A DNA stretch of 64,000 bases, taken from Promethearchaeota archaeon. Its GTDB lineage: Archaea; Asgardarchaeota; Lokiarchaeia; Sigyniarchaeales; SOKP01. This document shows, piece by piece, positions 61,701 through 64,000 of this stretch. Position 1 is the stretch's first letter. Each line of letters begins with the position of its first letter. The notes beneath the pieces are model-generated. The model saw only the letters and a list, made by a program, of their open reading frames with translations. It ran no database searches and was not told the origin of the DNA. The translations under genes were made by a program, and so were the position numbers. The DNA lies in assembly GCA_048937405.1 (NCBI GenBank), contig JBHLNF010000001.1, positions 784,785 through 848,784 on the forward strand, given 5' to 3'.

Positions 61701-62255
61701 TTGAAACAAGTAAAGGGAGTAGTAATAATATCGATTGTAAAGTCGATTAAAGCAAACCATCAAAAAAGGGATGAATATGACAGAATACTTTCAGTTAAAG
61801 CAAAAGAATTTCTTAAGCAACGAATTCTGCCAGGATCATGGTATCCTTTTGAAGAATATCGAGAATGTTATGATGCTTTATGTTATGTAGAAGCCAGAAA
61901 TAATCCAAAAACTATTGTCGAATGGGGTATGACGGATGGAAAAAGTACATTTTTATCAACATATCAGTCTACAGTTATTAAAGAAGATATCCAACTTGCG
62001 GTTGAGAGATATGTACGATTTCACAGAAGAACTATGAATATTGGAGAAATTGTAACAGAAATCATCTCTGATAACGAAGTAAAATTTGCTTATACAAAAA
62101 TGCCGCGTGAATGGGAAAATTGGTATCATACAGCTGTAGGGTGGGCAATTTCATTTATAGGATTGTGTCTTAATAGACAAATAGATTACACTTATTTAAA
62201 TAAATCATGGAAAAACGAAGGTTGGACTGAAGTTAAATTTTCGTGGTCTTCTTGA
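61701..62255 (+). CDS. H-NOX/V4R-fold-like protein, array copy 7
   Basis: 184 aa paralogue; RFH, YTKMPR. Confidence 0.8.
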   Translation: MKQVKGVVIISIVKSIKANHQKRDEYDRILSVKAKEFLKQRILPGSWYPFEEYRECYDALCYVEARNNPKTIVEWGMTDGKSTFLSTYQSTVIKEDIQLAVERYVRFHRRTMNIGEIVTEIISDNEVKFAYTKMPREWENWYHTAVGWAISFIGLCLNRQIDYTYLNKSWKNEGWTEVKFSWSS

Positions 62256-62319
62256 ATTTAAGATAATTAGAAAAAAAAAATGATAAATATTTAAATGAAA
62301 ATAGCAAACTGAAAACGGC

Positions 62320-62526
62320 TTATACTAGTCCAATAGCAATTTTCATATCTGCAGCGGTTACTTTCTTTCTACCAGAGTGTTTTGCAATATCAAGCGCACA
62401 GCCAGTCAAACTTTTGGCATATTCTTCTAAATAATCCATTAATTTGTCAACTGCGGCTCGACTTACAATTTCTGCTCCGGCTTTCTTCATTAAAGCCCGT
62501 AAAGGACTCCATGCAAATGCGGCCAT
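62320..62526 (-). CDS. Archaeal histone (HMf-like, no tail)
   Basis: RALMKKAGAEIVSRAAV...AKHSGRKKVTAADM. Confidence 0.95.
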   Translation of the reverse strand: MAAFAWSPLRALMKKAGAEIVSRAAVDKLMDYLEEYAKSLTGCALDIAKHSGRKKVTAADMKIAIGLV

Positions 62527-63035
62527 TTTTTATTCCTCCACTTGATTATACTTATTTTATATTCTTTTTTTAGAGTGTATTTAAATTTTAATTAGTATTA
62601 CTTATATTTAAATGTGTTGGTCGATTATCATTAATCCGATGCATATGATCAATCAAATATGGTCGACAAAAAAAAATGATTAAAAAAATTAACAAATTTT
62701 TTACTAGTGAATTCAATTAAATGAAAATGATCAATTTTTGATTTCAGATGACTAGATTATGATCGAACACTAATATAAAACCTATTATAAATATTGATAC
62801 ATTCATCCACTTCTCGATAAATCATATATGAGATAAAAGATTAAGGTATCTATCATCAAAAGATTTTATAATATAAAACTTATAAAGCACAATTTAGTTG
62901 ATTTCAAAATTCTTTATCTAGATTATTTAAATAAATTTTTTGCTGATATAAACAGGAGTCATTCTCTTTAATAATTTTATTTTATTCTATTATAATTATA
63001 TGTTAATAATTTACGTAAAAAATGGATGATAGAAA

Positions 63036-64000
63036 ATGGGCGAAACAAAACCTAAGATTTTAGTGGTCTCAGATATTCACTTAGGTTCCTTGGATTGTGA
63101 AAGGGATTTGTTTATTCAATTTTTACAAAATATTATTAATGGAGATTTAGGAGATGAAATAGAAACTCTTGTAATATTGGGAGATTTTATTGATTTATGT
63201 ATGGATGTTCCTGAACGTCTTTTAAAAAGAGACAAAGTGCAAAAAATATTTAGTCTTTTGCAAGATATTAGAAAATCAATAAACCTCGTTATTGTTTTGG
63301 GGAATCATGAGATTCCTGTTACTGGAGATTACGATGAGAAATTTAAACGTCGAGAGCTAAAGTTTTTACTCAAATTTAAGAATAGTACTTTCAATGAATT
63401 ATTTAACAAAGAGCTATACTGTCAATATTTATTATTAAAAAATTGGAATGATGAAGCTGTACTTTCATTATACGACTCGCGAGATCAAATTGAAAATAAT
63501 CCAATCAAACAAATAAAAATTAAAGGTATTGATTTAGATATGGAATATAAATGCTTTCTAACCCATGGATATCAATTTGATAGTGATATGTATAGGTTTT
63601 TTGTAGGACCAATATGGAAGTCTTTAATCTCTAATAATAAATTTGAAGTAAAAGAAACTTATGATTATTTTTGGAATGAGGTTGTTAAAGAGAAAAGAAA
63701 GATCAAACCAATTAAGCTTGATCAGATGAAAAAAGAATTAGTTGTTCTAAAGAAAATGCCTAAGGAAACGATAAACAGATTATTTTCTGGCTTAAGCCAT
63801 TTAGAATTTAACTTAATCAAAACAAACATGCGTATAATGACTAAATGGCAACGTGCGAGTCATCCTGATTATTATTTTGGTGAGATAAAAGCGTTTTTAG
63901 AGGATGACAAGTATAACCTTTCAAAAATTAACCACGTTATATATGGACACACTCATCACAGCGGGGTATCATATGGAAATATAAATAATCAGAGAGTCGA
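63036..64000 (+). CDS. Calcineurin-like metallophosphoesterase (3' end runs off window)
   Basis: Not in the ORF track. MGETKPKILVVSDIHLG...LGDFID...LGNHE...THG...YGHTH. Confidence 0.92.
   Translation, partial: MGETKPKILVVSDIHLGSLDCERDLFIQFLQNIINGDLGDEIETLVILGDFIDLCMDVPERLLKRDKVQKIFSLLQDIRKSINLVIVLGNHEIPVTGDYDEKFKRRELKFLLKFKNSTFNELFNKELYCQYLLLKNWNDEAVLSLYDSRDQIENNPIKQIKIKGIDLDMEYKCFLTHGYQFDSDMYRFFVGPIWKSLISNNKFEVKETYDYFWNEVVKEKRKIKPIKLDQMKKELVVLKKMPKETINRLFSGLSHLEFNLIKTNMRIMTKWQRASHPDYYFGEIKAFLEDDKYNLSKINHVIYGHTHHSGVSYGNINNQRV

Larger units (their letters stand above)
56586..62255 (+). repeat. Tandem gene-duplication array (7 units of ~0.7-0.9 kb)
   Basis: Start-to-start spacings are 809, 907, 907, 706, 829 and 842 bp; intergenic regions are partly homologous. 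Confidence 0.95.

Noticed and set aside
56701-62255. Array as a diversity-generating retroelement target or a silent cassette system
   Set aside because: No reverse transcriptase or recombinase nearby and no near-identical TR/VR pair. Divergence is spread over the whole gene, and most copies have their own promoter.
867-62573. Many short antisense or overlapping ORFs in the track (e.g. 867..1217, 3094..3360, 15735..16058, 39711..39992, 49318..49500, 49974..50273, 62382..62573)
   Set aside because: Shadows of well-supported genes on the opposite strand or in another frame, with no recognisable motifs
1-64000. CRISPR arrays, tRNA or rRNA genes
   Set aside because: No regularly spaced short direct repeats and no GC-rich structured RNA segments were seen

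Overview
A very AT-rich archaeal window, almost certainly from an Asgard archaeon of the Lokiarchaeia type. The assignment is inferred from H4MPT C1 genes (ftr, mtd, mch), eukaryotic-signature proteins (Rag-like GTPase, two Rab-like GTPases, ESCRT-III, roadblock/longin-like proteins, presenilin-like protease), an archaeal histone and a eukaryote-type SECIS. Most of the window is housekeeping: purine salvage, glycine cleavage (gcvT-H-PA-PB), glycogen synthase and GH57, an XPD/Rad3 helicase, and the conserved pus10-rpl21e-rpo4-DUF655-ksgA-hemK cluster. Four things stand out. (1) A tandem array of seven 184-aa paralogues (56.7-62.3 kb) with no indels. They resemble stand-alone H-NOX/V4R-fold sensors, six of seven keep a His at the heme-ligand position, and most have their own copy of a conserved promoter/operator module. 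(2) A selenoprotein truncated in the ORF track: a peroxiredoxin-like UxxC protein with an AUGA-AA-GA SECIS right after its stop codon. (3) Two genes that appear to start at ATA/ATT codons. (4) A decayed IS200/IS605 (tnpB) element that supplies a neighbour's stop codon. No rRNA, tRNA or CRISPR array was seen. All family calls come from motif recognition by eye; no database searches were run.
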